Of a stretch of 64,000 nt of DNA, positions 49,616-62,289 are shown piece by piece. Every line of letters begins with the position of its first letter. Positions within the stretch are counted from its first letter, which is position 1. The position numbers were made by a program, and so were the translations under genes. The notes beneath the pieces were generated by a model. The model was given only the letters and a program-made list of their open reading frames with translations. It made no database searches and had not been told where the DNA came from. The DNA comes from Trichosphaerium sp. ATCC 40318 (Eukaryota; Protista; Tubulinea), in contig JALMLS010000131.1 of assembly GCA_038496445.1 (NCBI GenBank), positions 1-64,000 on the forward strand, written 5' to 3'.

Positions 49616-51611
49616 ATGGCAATGAACCCTGCACAATTGATAGAGTGGGAGCGTATTGGCCAGGAATGGCTTGAAATTGGAAGAGAACGTAAAACATTAT
49701 CAAAGGCAACAGCTTTTGCTCTTTCTTTTGAAGGTGAAAAGGCAAATTATGAAAAAGCAGTAGAACGGTTTTCTTTCGCTGCAAAAGCGTTTGTAAACGC
49801 TCAAAACTGTGCGTTTATTATAGTATATAACTATCGGCACGTTTAGTGTCAAAAACTGACGATAGTGAAAGGGGACAAGGTTGATGAAGCTATAACTGAA
49901 ATAGTATGGTGTCATGTAAAAGATAGAAAGGGTGTACAAGTAGCAAAAAGCTTTATGAAGGTTGCTACTTTATTGAAAAATAGCATAAAGACAGCAGGTA
50001 CGTTTTCGAAACCGTTTATACACTTGACGCTCAAAAAACATGCGATTGTATTGACGGCGCACGTGTTTTCTTTGGCGAAAAGGTTTTTCAGTTTTTTGTT
50101 GAAGGAGGATCTTTGGGACCTTACTCTTAACCGCAGGTTCACTTCAAAGTTATGTGGAAGAGTATAGACTTGCTCTCAAGGGTTTTGAAGGTATGACCAT
50201 TCTCTTTTTCACCTTTTTTGTCACTAATAGATGTATCAAAGGCGAGGATTTAAAAACGAGCGCTAAGTTCTACGATACTGTTGGGAACATGTTTTTGGGA
50301 CACGAAGCAACTGAAACTATAAAGTGTCTGAACGAGGCAGCTGAGCTGTATCTAGCACGTGATTTTTTACGCTTCATTCTCAGTGCTTATAATACCTTAT
50401 TAGGAAGCAGGATTAGAGGCTGAGGCGGCGGCATGCTGGAAAAAGCTAGTAGACCTTTTGGTTCTACCTGGATTAGCGAACTACGAGCGAGCTGCTACGT
50501 TATTTGAAGATATAGCAGAACATGAACGTACTGCCTCTTTTTACCATTTTTTATTTCACATTGCAAGCTGTTGATGATCGAGCATTCCAGTCCCAGTGTA
50601 AATACTAATTCATACTTTAAAGTTAGAAAGATATTCTCTGATGAGGACAGCGATATGGAAAAAGCGCGCGACCTCAATATTTATTTCCTGAAGGCTATTA
50701 TTTGTTACATAATGGTACGTGCTCTATTGTCTTTTCTTGCTTTTTTCTTGTTGCATTCTCAGCACCTGTATAGAACATTAACAATGCATCGATTGCTAAG
50801 GAAGCGACTGACAGGTATCTAAAGATACCTAATCAAATGCTTTATGGTAGTAACGAGCTCGAGATAATAAAGGTAAAGACATTCAATTCGAAAGCAAAAC
50901 TCTGACAGCATTTGTTTTTGGTGTTCTTACCTTTTATGTAGAACCTCATTGCTGCGTGTGACAACCTGGATAGTGATGGGATTTTGAGTCTTAGTATGGA
51001 CACAAGAGAGCTTGTTAACAACGATGAATGGCTTGACATTCACATGATGAAGCTTCAGATGTCGATTGCAAAAATAGAAAAGTCAGCTGTTCAATATACT
51101 AATACGGCCAAAGGTCGTATTTTTCTCTCACCTGATTTATTCATTTAATAGTAACGATAAAACAGTTTGCATTGAGGAAGAAGAACGCAACAGAAACCTT
51201 ACAAAGGCTATTGTTTGTCAACTCATAACGGCAAGTGGCGAGACACATTATTCTTTTTTTTCTCTTTTTTTTGCAGTGTTATTTTGACGCTCATTTAGCC
51301 CGACTTGAATAGAGCCAAGAAGAGTCTCTCTGATTTTTATAAACTATATCCATTGTATAATGACTCAACATGGGGAAAATTCGCAGCGGTGAGTATAAGG
51401 AAAGATGGAATCCTCAAAAAAAAAAACTTTTTTTATTTACCAAACCTTGTAGTGCCTAATAGAACAATGCGAGAAAAATGATGTCATGTTACCAGAGATG
51501 AAAGAAGATGATTGGATACAAAGCCAACTTGATACTATAAAAGCGAACATACTTGGAGGACACTTTGGATTGGAGGAAATAGACATAGAAACGCTGAATC
51601 GAAAACGTTAA
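49616..51611 (+). CDS. Divergent soluble NSF attachment protein (SNAP)-like protein, multi-exon
   Basis: NYEKAVERFSFAAKAF, CLNEAAELYL, NYERAATLFEDIA, YFLKAIICY, NLIAACDNLD, DEW. Confidence 0.7.
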
Positions 51612-51967
51612 AACAGCAAAAAAAATAATAGAGCTGATTTTGTAAAAAAATAAAAACTTAAAGACCTTAAAGTATTACTGTCCGATTTTATGTATTGTAG
51701 TTCCCTTTTCACGGTTCAAGCGCTACTAAAACAATTGCCAAACGTGACACAGCTAAAATTGCAAGTGAGAAAAGAAGGGATTATGAAAACCAAAAAGAAA
51801 GTTAGATATTGCTTTATTTCTTATACATTGGCTCCACTTGCTTTCCTGTTGCATGTCCCTACAGATACTAAATGCTAGTGGAGGGTTTTTTTGCTATTGG
51901 TATATTTATTCTAGTGTACATTGACAACACACGTGGGATACTGTCAGTCCTTTTTTTTGCTGTTAGG

Positions 51968-53571
51968 TTACTGCGGTTTTTCAAAATAGTTGTTTCCTAG
52001 GTGAAGCAAGGAACCCCATGCGTATTTTATAGTCTGACTCTTCTTTAAAGTTTAACCGTTTTGATAGCCATTTGTGGGAGGCTGGAGATCGCGGAGCCTT
52101 AACCTTTTTGGATTCAAAAACTTCTAAAAAAATACATTTGTAAGAAAAAACTTGGAAAGCAAAATCAATGGTAAACGTAGTGGTGTAAACACTGGGTCTA
52201 CATTAGATATAAAGAACAATAATACTCATAATGTGGAAAAGTGTTTTGAGCGCTGAAGGAACAAATAACTGCGCAACAAAACACTTTTTGTGGAATTTGA
52301 AGGAAATGTAACAAGTGACCTCATAAAAGTGTTCACAGACTCCACCAAGTTATCCCTTTGAAAGAACCGTTTGTTTTGAACATGGCTCAATCAGAAAACC
52401 ATGAGTAGTTTGGTGGAGGCTTACACTAAAGGACTGACACGTGTGGCTTAAATAAAGCAGTTTCCGTTCAGGTGTTTGTGAGTTTTTCTTTAGAAATGAA
52501 CCCGTTTTGTTTCAATGTGATATAGAGAATGATTTCGTCAAAAAAAGGGTTTTCAAACAATCGTATGTTAAAGCTGCAAGCCAAAATAGAATAGTAGTTG
52601 TGGATTTCTTTCTTTCCAGGAAAAAAAAAGTATATGTACCTGATACTTCAAACTCTGCTGGATATATGTTACGCCCAAATATATCATCAGGATCTGTATC
52701 AGCTTGGTTACGAATATTTTCTTCTTGTGGATCAAGAGACCACAGAAATTCTTCAGGACTTTAAAAACAACAAAGTCAGCCAAACGAATTAGTCAAAAAA
52801 ACACAAAAAACAACAAACAGATTTCAACGTAATACAACGCTCAAACGAAAAAAAACAATCGTCACAAACGGATGCCAATGCTAAAAAAGATGTTCCTGTG
52901 GTAGTGGATCACGTGGACGGTTTGGTGTTATAGATCAAGTAAAAAACATGAAAAAACAAAATGCAAGAAACGCACTCTTTGGGTACTTTCTCGCTATCGA
53001 AAGATAGCCTAGGTTGAGAACCTATACTACTTGGAGACACAGAAATATCATAAGTGAACCCCGGACAAGATGTATTACCTACATAGAGACTTAGTAGAGC
53101 TGCGGACGAGGTAGGAATTCAAAAAACTAAAAAGTCTATTTAAACTGCTACAAAAAGTCCTCCAAATCAGAAAGGTTCGCCATTGGATCTTATTCACGTA
53201 TACGATAACGTACCATACTCTGTGAGGTCTTGTTTCTGGTTTTTTAATTTTGAATCGGTTATTTGTTGTTTTGAATTTAAACTTCCTCTAGAGCCCTTTC
53301 GACGCGTCGAGTTTTGCTCTGGAGCATCTTTCACGGTGGCGCGAACTTGGTTTGCTTCCACTTTTGCGTTTTCGACTATTTTCATTGCCTCTGCGTTAGC
53401 TTGCATGACTATACGCCGCGCTTCGGCTGATGCAGCTGCAACGATACTTTCGTACACAGCATTTGTTTTATCGTTAAGAGCTTCTTGTTCTCCTCTCTTT
53501 TGCTCTAGTTTGTATTAATATAACGGTTGAAAGCTAACCCGAGGTTTGCACTTACGTTCTAACAAGCTCAT
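51968..53571 (-). CDS. Hypothetical protein(s) with N-terminal coiled coil; exon linkage unresolved
   Basis: Exon-like segments (SIVAAASAEARRIVMQANAEA; PEEFLWSLDPQEENIR; EVFESKKVKAPRSP...*) are bounded by GT/AG. The region may hold two genes. Confidence 0.35.
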
Positions 53572-53909
53572 CCTTTGAACTGGCGGTAAAATGTTTTGAA
53601 TTGGAAAGACCGTTATTCACAGTTGAGAACTACAAGCTCCTCTTTATATTGAGAAAAAACAAGTGTAGATCCATCTAGACGTTAAAAAAAAAGATAACAC
53701 TAATTTAGGAATGTGAAAACTCGAAAAAACCAAAATTGTTTGCGAATTCTCCATTTTTTTCAGACTTTACTCTCACTCCTCGTACGCTCTTTGCTTGTAC
53801 TATTTACTAGTATTTTCATCACAGAGGTTGGAGCAAACGGCACAAAGTGCAACTACTCGTTTTTTAAACTAAATTGATTGGTTTTATGTACAATGTTGAT
53901 GGTTCTTTT

Positions 53910-55895
53910 TTACACTATCATGTTTTTTACAGACAACAACTTTTCTACAGCCCACATTGTCATATCAGAGTAAAATCTCTCCCAGTAAGTAGCTTTAGAC
54001 CTTGCCGTAGATGTAGCTGCCGCAGGTTTATCAGACAATGAGTGCCACCTTTGAAAAAAAATAAGAAAAAAAACAGGACATACTTAAAATTCACGTACTT
54101 CAAAAGTATAGCTCCATAGAGCCATTTCGTTGATTCAGCACCAACCAAAAGTACTAAACCATCTTCTGGAACTTCGTTCTTCTCTACAATTTCATCCAGG
54201 CATATCAGACAAGAAGCATTTGCAGTATTTCCAACACGATCAAAATTATAATAAATCCTATGACAAAAAACAGTAAATACCAATCTTGTTCATTCACGTT
54301 TAGTACCTCTCTTTCTTAGCTCCCATAGCGACGCCTATTTCTACTAATTTTCCATTCGCTTGATGAGGTACGAGAAGGTCAAAATCATTTGTTTGAAGAT
54401 CATTATCCCTGTAAAAAAACCAAATGAGTAAACAACGAAAAAAAACCAACATTCGTCAAAAGCGTACTTAAGAGTATCTTTAAAAGCTCTAAAGTAGAGA
54501 TCAGGTCCATGTTTTATTACATCACGGAAGTTATGAGCAAAATAATGTTGCTTCTTGTCAATCATCTCTTGATTAGGTGGGTTTACACTACAAACAAAAA
54601 AAGTTAACCCAAAAACCGAAAAACTGGTAAAACAAGAAAAACCGGAAAAAATTTTCTGAGCAAGTGTCACTCTCATTGTGGCATTACATGGCTCTAATAG
54701 TATTTTTATTGTATTTGTAGTACGTACCATCCGCCTCCAGGCATCCAAAATCCTTTTTTCTGACCAACACCAATTGAGTTTAATTTAGTATAAAGTACTT
54801 CTATACCGTATGGTATTTCACCAGCACCATTTACATCAAAACCTCGTAGTATCATACATCCGCAACCATCACCTTAAACGTAAAATTAATAAAACCAGAA
54901 ATAACAGCGCCTAGAGCTTTACATACCCATCATTAAAGCGTTTACTTTAGCGGCTTTAGGAATATCACCTCCGCCAAGATCTAACTCAGCGAAAACGGAT
55001 CCAACATCGCACCCAACAACACATACAGTCTTGTGTGTTCCTGCTTTTAAGTATTGGACAGCTAAAAACAGTTTTCGTGAGAATAAAGTTCCGAACAATA
55101 AAAAATAAAAAATCGACTGAGAAAAAAAGGCAAAGATTTCTATTTTTACCTGCAGCTGTTGCTTGAAACGCTCCGCAACACGCGGACCTCACATCCATCG
55201 TTGCACATTCTCCCATACCAAGTTTTTCTTGTACTATTGCAGCTTGCCCAGGGACGAGAACTAAAGAATCAGCAAACAGTAAAGTGTATTTTAACAAGCA
55301 AAAATGATAAGGTTTTCGGCGTTTAGGCGGTACTATGCCGAAAACTAATCGAAGAAAGCGTTAAAATAGCGTTTTTGTAAATTATACGACAAGTTTGATG
55401 CATTTAGGAGACGTACAGTCCGGTGTGCAAGTAGCTGTTATTAACATGTCTATCTCGCTTTTTTTAATTCCCTGAGAGTCTAGTGCGCGCTCTATGGCCC
55501 TATAGAGAATGTTAAAGGACTTTGACAAAAATGTAGTAGTGAAAACAGTGTTGTGAAGTAAAAGTACTTACATTTTGCATAAATCAGAGTTTAATTGTCC
55601 CTCCGTTGCTTTCTAGAGTTACAGTATTAAGAGTGTTTCTCCACGTTCACAGCCGTACCTGGCCATCAGATAGCGGAAGATGCCTTACAATGTGTCGTGT
55701 TTTAATGCCTAATAATGACGCAAGTTACAAAAAAGCGCAAAGTGATCAAAAGTTCTCAAACTGCGTACCTAGCTTTTTGTCTATCCACTCTAGGTCTATG
55801 TCTTTGATACCGCACTCGTTTAAGACAACAGTGTTGTCAACTACTGTAGGCGGCATGTAACGGCCTGTAGCTATGATTCTCACTTCTCTTATCAT
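53910..55895 (-). CDS. fabH: 3-oxoacyl-ACP synthase III (FabH-like), multi-exon
   Basis: IIATGRYMP, GIKTRH, TATCTPD, DVRSACCGAF (catalytic Cys), GDGCG, VPHQAN, VGNTANAS. Confidence 0.88.
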
Positions 55896-56268
55896 GTTTA
55901 TGTAATATGTAGACTTGCAGACGCTTATCTGAGTGCGCTATTGCTATAATTGTGCTTAAGACAAGAACGTCAAAAACTACCTTAGCACGTCAAAAAAAAT
56001 GGAATTTCTAATATCTTGATAGTTGTCATGGTACGCCCACGTGCTATGTGTATTACCAAACTAAGCCTTTATTAGAACCTAACAAACGGAGAACTTTGGA
56101 TTGGGTGTCATTACTCAACTTTTCGCTAGTACGTGATCAAACGCTTGTTTGGTGCTCTGTGAATGTTTTCTCTATTTTTCACGTAGCCTTAAAACGCGTA
56201 AAATAGCTAAATACGTCCGTTTTTTCCTGAAAGATGAACGTTGACTTGGGAAATGAAAGGAAGCAACC

Positions 56269-58564
56269 ATGAACGCCCTCATTCGGCCGCACGTACGTGT
56301 TACAAGCGTATCCTAAATATAAACCCTAACTCTACCAAAAAACGATTCACACACAGACTTCCCAACTCATACCCTGTACCTCCTGATCTATTTTTTAGGA
56401 CATAACGTATCAGAATGAGTGTAGTATTACATTAAAAGACAAAAAAACGATAGACAAAGCTACAGTCATTGTAACGCCTACAAAACTATTTGTATTACCA
56501 CAAGGTAGTAAGGTAAAGTCTAGTTCTACACTCCGTTGTAGTTAGTTTGTTTTTCAGACAATGTTACAGTCCTATTAGAACGATAACTGTTCAACTCACA
56601 TGTTCACAAATAGGCTCCTTTGCGAGTGTTGGAGTTAAAACAATGCCGTGTTGCTAGAAAAAAAGTTGACAATACTGTTGTTGTAATCAATGGCGCAAAT
56701 GGCTTTAGTGCATACACACAGAAACCAGTACGAAGCAATTTGGATCAAAAGATCCAAAAATGGATGTTCGAACAAAAAATTTCGTTTTGTAGCTTACTTT
56801 TTTTGAAGGCTCACCTTATTGACTTGTTTCGTGTGTTACGTACAGTGATATGGGGATGTAAGGTAGTTGATTCTGCAAGCGCTGAGACAAAACAGGTAAC
56901 TGTCGTTTGCTTATACGTGTAACACGTCATCAATAGTAATAGTTGCGTTTTTAGGCGCTTTGCGAGGTAAAGAGCAAACTGTCAGAAAATGTGCCTTGGA
57001 AGCCGTTAAAAGTTTTACGCTTTCTAGAAGAGAACGATATGTGCGTCACTAAGGTGATAAGCATGTATGAAGCACACTGTGTATCCTTTTTGTCACCAGC
57101 TATCTATTTGCTTTCAAACGTTGAGTTGCTCCTTGTTTTGTCGTATTTCGCATATATTCCTTGACTGTGTAGCGTTGGGTGCTACAATTTAATTTGAAGG
57201 GGCTTACAATCGCGGTAGTGCGTGAAACACTACGACGAAACGAGGTAGGAGCTTTCTGACGCTAAACTATTAACGCGTAATGAGGTTTTCATACCTGGCA
57301 CACATGACAACGAGGGACGCCCAATTATTGTGTTTAACGCAGCAAATCACGAACCTAACAAGATATCGTTGCTGACAACCCTACGGTACATAAAACCAAA
57401 TAATTCTTCTCCTTACAATACGCTAGACTTGTTGTATACTGCATACAAGTAGCAGAGCGCGAATTATTTGGCGCATCATCAAAAGGCAAAGTCAACGATA
57501 GTATTTTCATCATTGAAGATTTACGTGGTTTCTCACGTTCAAATGCCGACCCAAGACAAGCAAAGTTTCTCTTGGAGCTCAAACAGGTACATTACAACTT
57601 TAGACAAGCGCTGCAAAAAAAAAAAAGTTTAAGTTCACACGTGTTTGCTAGAGCCATTATCCTGGCATCGTTGGTAAATTTTGTGCTGTAAATGCACCGT
57701 TTTATTATAGACTTGTTTGGAATGTTGCAAAGCCATGGATAAGCCCAATGCTTGTAGATAAGGTCTGTAGAATATTACTGTCTATATTATCTCATTTTTT
57801 TCTAGATTTCAATTTCAAGTGACACAAAGTCACTCAAACGTTATATTGAACTAGATCAACTACCGAAAAGTGTAGGAGGTACTGTTGAATTTGATATGGG
57901 CGAATGGATAAAGACACGAAGTGTTGTAGAAGGCGTTTCAGAAGATACAGATTCATCTTCACATGATATTGATGCGAATTTACTAGCTCAAATAAGTGAC
58001 ATGGTTAGGCCTCATTCTTCCTCCTGCTCTTAAACTAACTGCTTTTCTATATAGCCAGCAAACACTGTAAAAGAAGATGCTATATTATCCGGATGGCTTG
58101 ATAAGCAAGGTGGTTTTGTTAAGCTATACAATAGGAGATATTGTGCTTTAAAAGGAGATGTTTTGTTTGTTTTCGCTAAACCTAATGTACGGATTTCAAC
58201 AATTCTATTATACTTCTCAAGTATTAAACACTAATTGGATATGTAGAGTAATAGGCCTTCTGGTATTGTTCCTTTAAGTGGCGCAACACTATTAGATCAT
58301 AAATCATCCTCAGAGTTTAAGATTGTCACCGTTTATGGAAAACAAACAGCATATATTTGTGATAGTAAAGCATGTGCAGCAAAATGGAAACAAGAGATTC
58401 GAAAGATCATTGAAGGATCTTCAGTGACTACTCCATATAAACCTAAACATAAAAAACGTAGAAAGAATAGAAGATACAGTATGTTTGGAGCACCAGAAGA
58501 AGTACCCGTATTATCATGGACACGTGAAATACCAGAAGAACGTAAACTAACACAAACTATGTAA
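56269..58564 (+). CDS. CRAL-TRIO (Sec14) + PH domain protein, multi-exon
   Basis: HDNEGRPIIV, EDLRGFS, HYPGIVGKFCAVNAP...WNVAKPWI, QLPKSVGG. PH domain SGWLDKQGG...RRYCALK...AAKWKQEI. Confidence 0.85.
57081..57172 (+). other. U12-type (minor spliceosome) GT-AG intron
   Basis: Donor GTATCCTTT and branch point TTCCTTGAC (57157-57165) close to the AG. Removal gives MYEAHC|RWVLQ in frame. Confidence 0.85.
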
Positions 58565-58762
58565 TTAAAGCACATTAACATACTTATCCAATCGGCTAAG
58601 GAATACCTTGATCTCAAACTATTTACCTAAGCCTTGAAACTGATTTATAAATCAAGTCTTTGTTCCAATAGCATACTAAAATATTTAACCCATACTACAT
58701 AACATAGCAAATTTGACACAAAATACTACTGAAGATAGATTTTTTTTATGGATTTATTTATC

Positions 58763-60619
58763 TCACTTGAGAAGAGCTTGCTTCGATTTTTCGAAGTTAA
58801 CACTTCCCAAACCTGTTACAGGATCCCAACCACTTGTAGCATTAAACCCATAAGGACAGCAAGTAAACTGTTGCTGCCTACCATAAACTCCTGTACAATG
58901 GTTGTCTCCAACGGTCATATCATTGAACGCTTCAGGTGTCGATTCAGCGATAGCATAGAGCGCTTTGTTTACTGGTCCGAGTACCGGTAAACCTGCTTTA
59001 ATTCTTGCATCTTGTATAATAGCGATCATACCAGCGAAGAGAGGTGCTGATGCAGAGGTTCCACCATTTGGAAGAAATATTCCATTAGTTATTGTATTAA
59101 TGTTATTTGCTACCAGCGCAATGTCAGGGTATGCTCTTTTGTTAGAATTATATGTGCTTGATGGAGGTAATGTATCTACCATATTCTTGAGGTATGTAGA
59201 AACCAGGTTGATCATACCTATTAAAACAAACAATAAGAAAAAGACAAGAAACTCATTCCAAAAACAACTGTTCAGAAAATCGCTTGACGTGCTTCAAGTT
59301 TGTTGTAAAAAAGTTGATAAAGCGAGCTAATGTAATAAGCGTTTACCGTACCAAATAGAAAATCCTCCTCCAGAAGTCGTAGTGGCTTTATAGTTTTCAA
59401 CATTTGTTTGACATGTGCGCTCTTTTAAACCATATTCCGGTCCAAATGTTCCTCCTACTGTGGTCACCCATGGTGATCCAGCAGGATACTGAGGTGCTAA
59501 ACCACAAGCTGATGGATTACCCCGAGCTTCTCTATAGTTAACACCGTCATCTCCAGAAGACGTTACAAAAGTGAATCCTCTAACTGATAACTTGGCAAAC
59601 TCTTGATCTAAACGTTGAGCCAACGATGAAGTTAAATGAGATTCCTGAGGTCCCCATGATATAGAATGAATCAGGGGAGGATCTTCAGCTTCTCCAAGTG
59701 ATAGTAGCCAAGCAAGAACGGGATTACCAACAGGTGAGATAACGTTTGTTGTCCAGTATGTAAAGTTCACCATAGGTGCCATGCCAAGCACCATTTCGAC
59801 GTCAAGAACCGGTTCAGCGCATGCATAGTTAGGACAACCAAAAGTGACGTTATCACCACGGAATTGCGTTACTGGACTTATAGGTAAACCGCTATATTGT
59901 TGAAAAGTTGCCAAGTCAGGTGGGTTGTAATATTCATAAGGAGCTTCGACTTCAAATACAGAAATATTGCTGCTTAACATGTCTGTTGATGATGACTTAT
60001 CAACGTTATAAAGCTTCTTTATGGAATCCATGGACAAGTAAGGACCTGCTGGGAAGCCATCGTTTGTGTATGCAAGGACAGAAAGTTTTTCTTTAAAAAC
60101 TGGGAAATCTGAGACGCCTCCAACCCAGTCCACGTGGTTTCGAAGTTTGTCTGGTATGGAATGTCTGTTACATCTTTGTAAGTGAATTGTCGAACTCGAT
60201 TCGCTTGGTGTACATTCGTAATGGAAGCATGTTGTTTCGAAGAGCGTTTCAACTGTTTTCAATGGTAGCGTTGCTGATATCCATAGTTGATCTGTACTTA
60301 TAGCGTCTATTGTTGCTCCTACCTTTTGTAGGTACGATACAGTTATTTTTGAGCCAATTGTGTTCTTTGTGGCCTCTAGGACTTGCTCCTTTGTCCAGTA
60401 TGACCCATACAATGAAGACTTTGGGTCTGAAACCACTTTCAACGAATCGTATATTTTTGCTACATCTTGTCCGTTTTTGACGCCTACAACTATCTTATGT
60501 GGTATGTTTTGAGCGCTTGAGAGAGTTTGAGAAGTACAGAATGATGGTACAAACGATTTTGTTTGTACAAGCGTTAACAGCAGCACAAATAAGATTAAAA
60601 TAAGGCACTTGTGTACCAT
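58763..60619 (-). CDS. Sedolisin/tripeptidyl-peptidase 1-like S53 protease (signal peptide + prodomain), one intron
   Basis: VSDPKSSLYGSYWT prodomain, EPVLDVE, SSGDDG, YPAGSPWVTTVGGT, RAYPDIA, GGTSASAP, GWDPVTGLGS. Confidence 0.93.
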
Positions 60620-60722
60620 GAGCTTATTGACGTTTCGTTGTTGTGGTACTTTAAGTTTAAAGGCCAAATGAACTTAGCTTAACGTTGGCAACGAAAATCG
60701 ATAAAGAAAAGTGGATCATCGA

Positions 60723-61000
60723 TAGAGGTGGTCCCGGCTAAGAAAGTCAGCAACAAAATCTGTATCGGCTAAACCAAAAATGAGCGATTTTATTGATGTT
60801 GTATCATGGCACCACAGGCTTTTTTTTTACATTTTAGATGCTCTCAATGGCTTTGAATTCGTAAGTGTTCGATACATAGGTTCAAAGCCTAGTATTAGGC
60901 AAAAAACATGCAAAAAATGGTGACTTTTCCCTTATTTTTCGTAGCCGGTGAAAGCCGGTCCAAAACTTAAAAGGCTGTAGCCGTTTAGCGACCACCTCTA
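60723..61000. mobile_element. Non-autonomous hAT-type element (278 bp)
   Basis: 11-bp TIR TAGAGGTGGTC (60723-60733; 60990-61000). 8-bp TSD ATCATCGA / ATCATCAA (7 of 8 match). Subterminal CGGCTA/TAGCCG repeats. Confidence 0.8.
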
Positions 61001-61259
61001 ATCATCAAACAGCAAAAATAATTACATTGTACAGTTTTTATGGAATGATATTACTCTAAAATGTGAATATCTCCTAGCTAGGTAACTTTGTTCGTCATGT
61101 ATCACACCCATTCTTGAGGCAAATAATTGTGCAACGTGGCAGAATAAAGTTGATAAGCGGAGCCATTTGACAATTAAAAAGGTTGTAAGAGCCAAGGCGT
61201 TATTAAATACTCACTAAGGAAATTATCTTTATTGCATTAGTATGTCTTTTACAAGGTGT

Positions 61260-62289
61260 TTACAAATTAAGACAACACAAAAATACCAACAAGTTGAACA
61301 CTAAACAACAAATAGAATTTAACGTATTTGATGAGGAGGGTATACATGCACCTGTTGGCATCACGGTTGTTGGTTGTACTGTTGTTAGTGATATTGGAGT
61401 TGTTGGAGCAGGAGTTGTTGGTGCTAGTGTAGTTGGAGGTAGCATTGGAGATTGCGTTGTTGGAGATAGTGTTGTAGGTAGTAATGTTGTAGGAGGCAGT
61501 GTTGTAGGTGGTAATGTTGTTGGAGGTAGCGTTGTTGGAGGGGCCGTTGTTGGAGGGAGTGTTGTAGGAGGAGGTAATGTTGTAGGTGGTAATGTTGTAG
61601 GAGGCAGTGTTGTAGGTGGTAATGTTGTTGGCACCAGCGTTGCTATCTGATAAGTTACAGAATTCACACGTGCGTTTGATCCCGACATTGCCCCAAGTGA
61701 AAAACTGCAATACGAAAGAGTTAATATAAATTAGAAGAGATTGTGTTACTCGAACATACCCGAACGACGTTGAATTGAAAACGGCATTAAACGGAACGAA
61801 TGTAAAATTGTTTGCAAGTAGTGTAATTCCTGAAAGAAACGTTAGTTAAACAAGCTCTAAATATAGGATGTTTGGCTAGATACCTCCTATAACTGGTTGA
61901 TCCATCACACACTCCAGTATAAGATTTGACGTTGGGTTACCTGAGCTGACTTCAATGATGTATGTTAGGGAATTTGTGTTAATATCAATTGTGTGTTGTA
62001 TTCCAGAAATTGAAATTGGTGCTCGATACTCTACAGCTGTATCATTAACGATAAAGCCGGGGTTGTTTGGTTCAGCAGAATTAGCAGCCAAAAAGTCAGC
62101 GAAGGTCGGAACGCGCATTGTACATCTTCCCGAATCGCCTACGCCTATGTGGATAGGTTAATGAATAGTTACCAAAACAGTGCAGCTCTTTGCTTGTTGT
62201 TGCGCCAAACAGCTTCTCTAGAGAAGCTACGTACTTAGAGCAAGCGTCAGTGCGAATAGAGTACATAAACATAGAAGTGCTTTAATCAT
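61260..62289 (-). CDS. Secreted/GPI-anchored mucin-like surface protein with PTTLP repeats
   Basis: Signal peptide MIKALLCLCTLFALTLAL, globular domain, (PPTTL)n stalk, hydrophobic C-terminus. Confidence 0.75.
61400..61635 (-). repeat. 15-nt coding minisatellite (PTTLP)
   Basis: Plus-strand units such as ggtggtaatgttgta / ggaggcagtgttgta. Confidence 0.85.

Noticed and set aside
60860-60890. GTTCGA/GGTTCAA T-loop-like words
   Set aside because: No cloverleaf could be formed, and they lie inside the non-autonomous hAT element.
62211-62228. Perfect 18-bp palindrome AGCTTCTCTAGAGAAGCT, and small intronic hairpins near 4772, 6778 and 56739
   Set aside because: Isolated, with no shared motif or TSD, and not enough to claim function.
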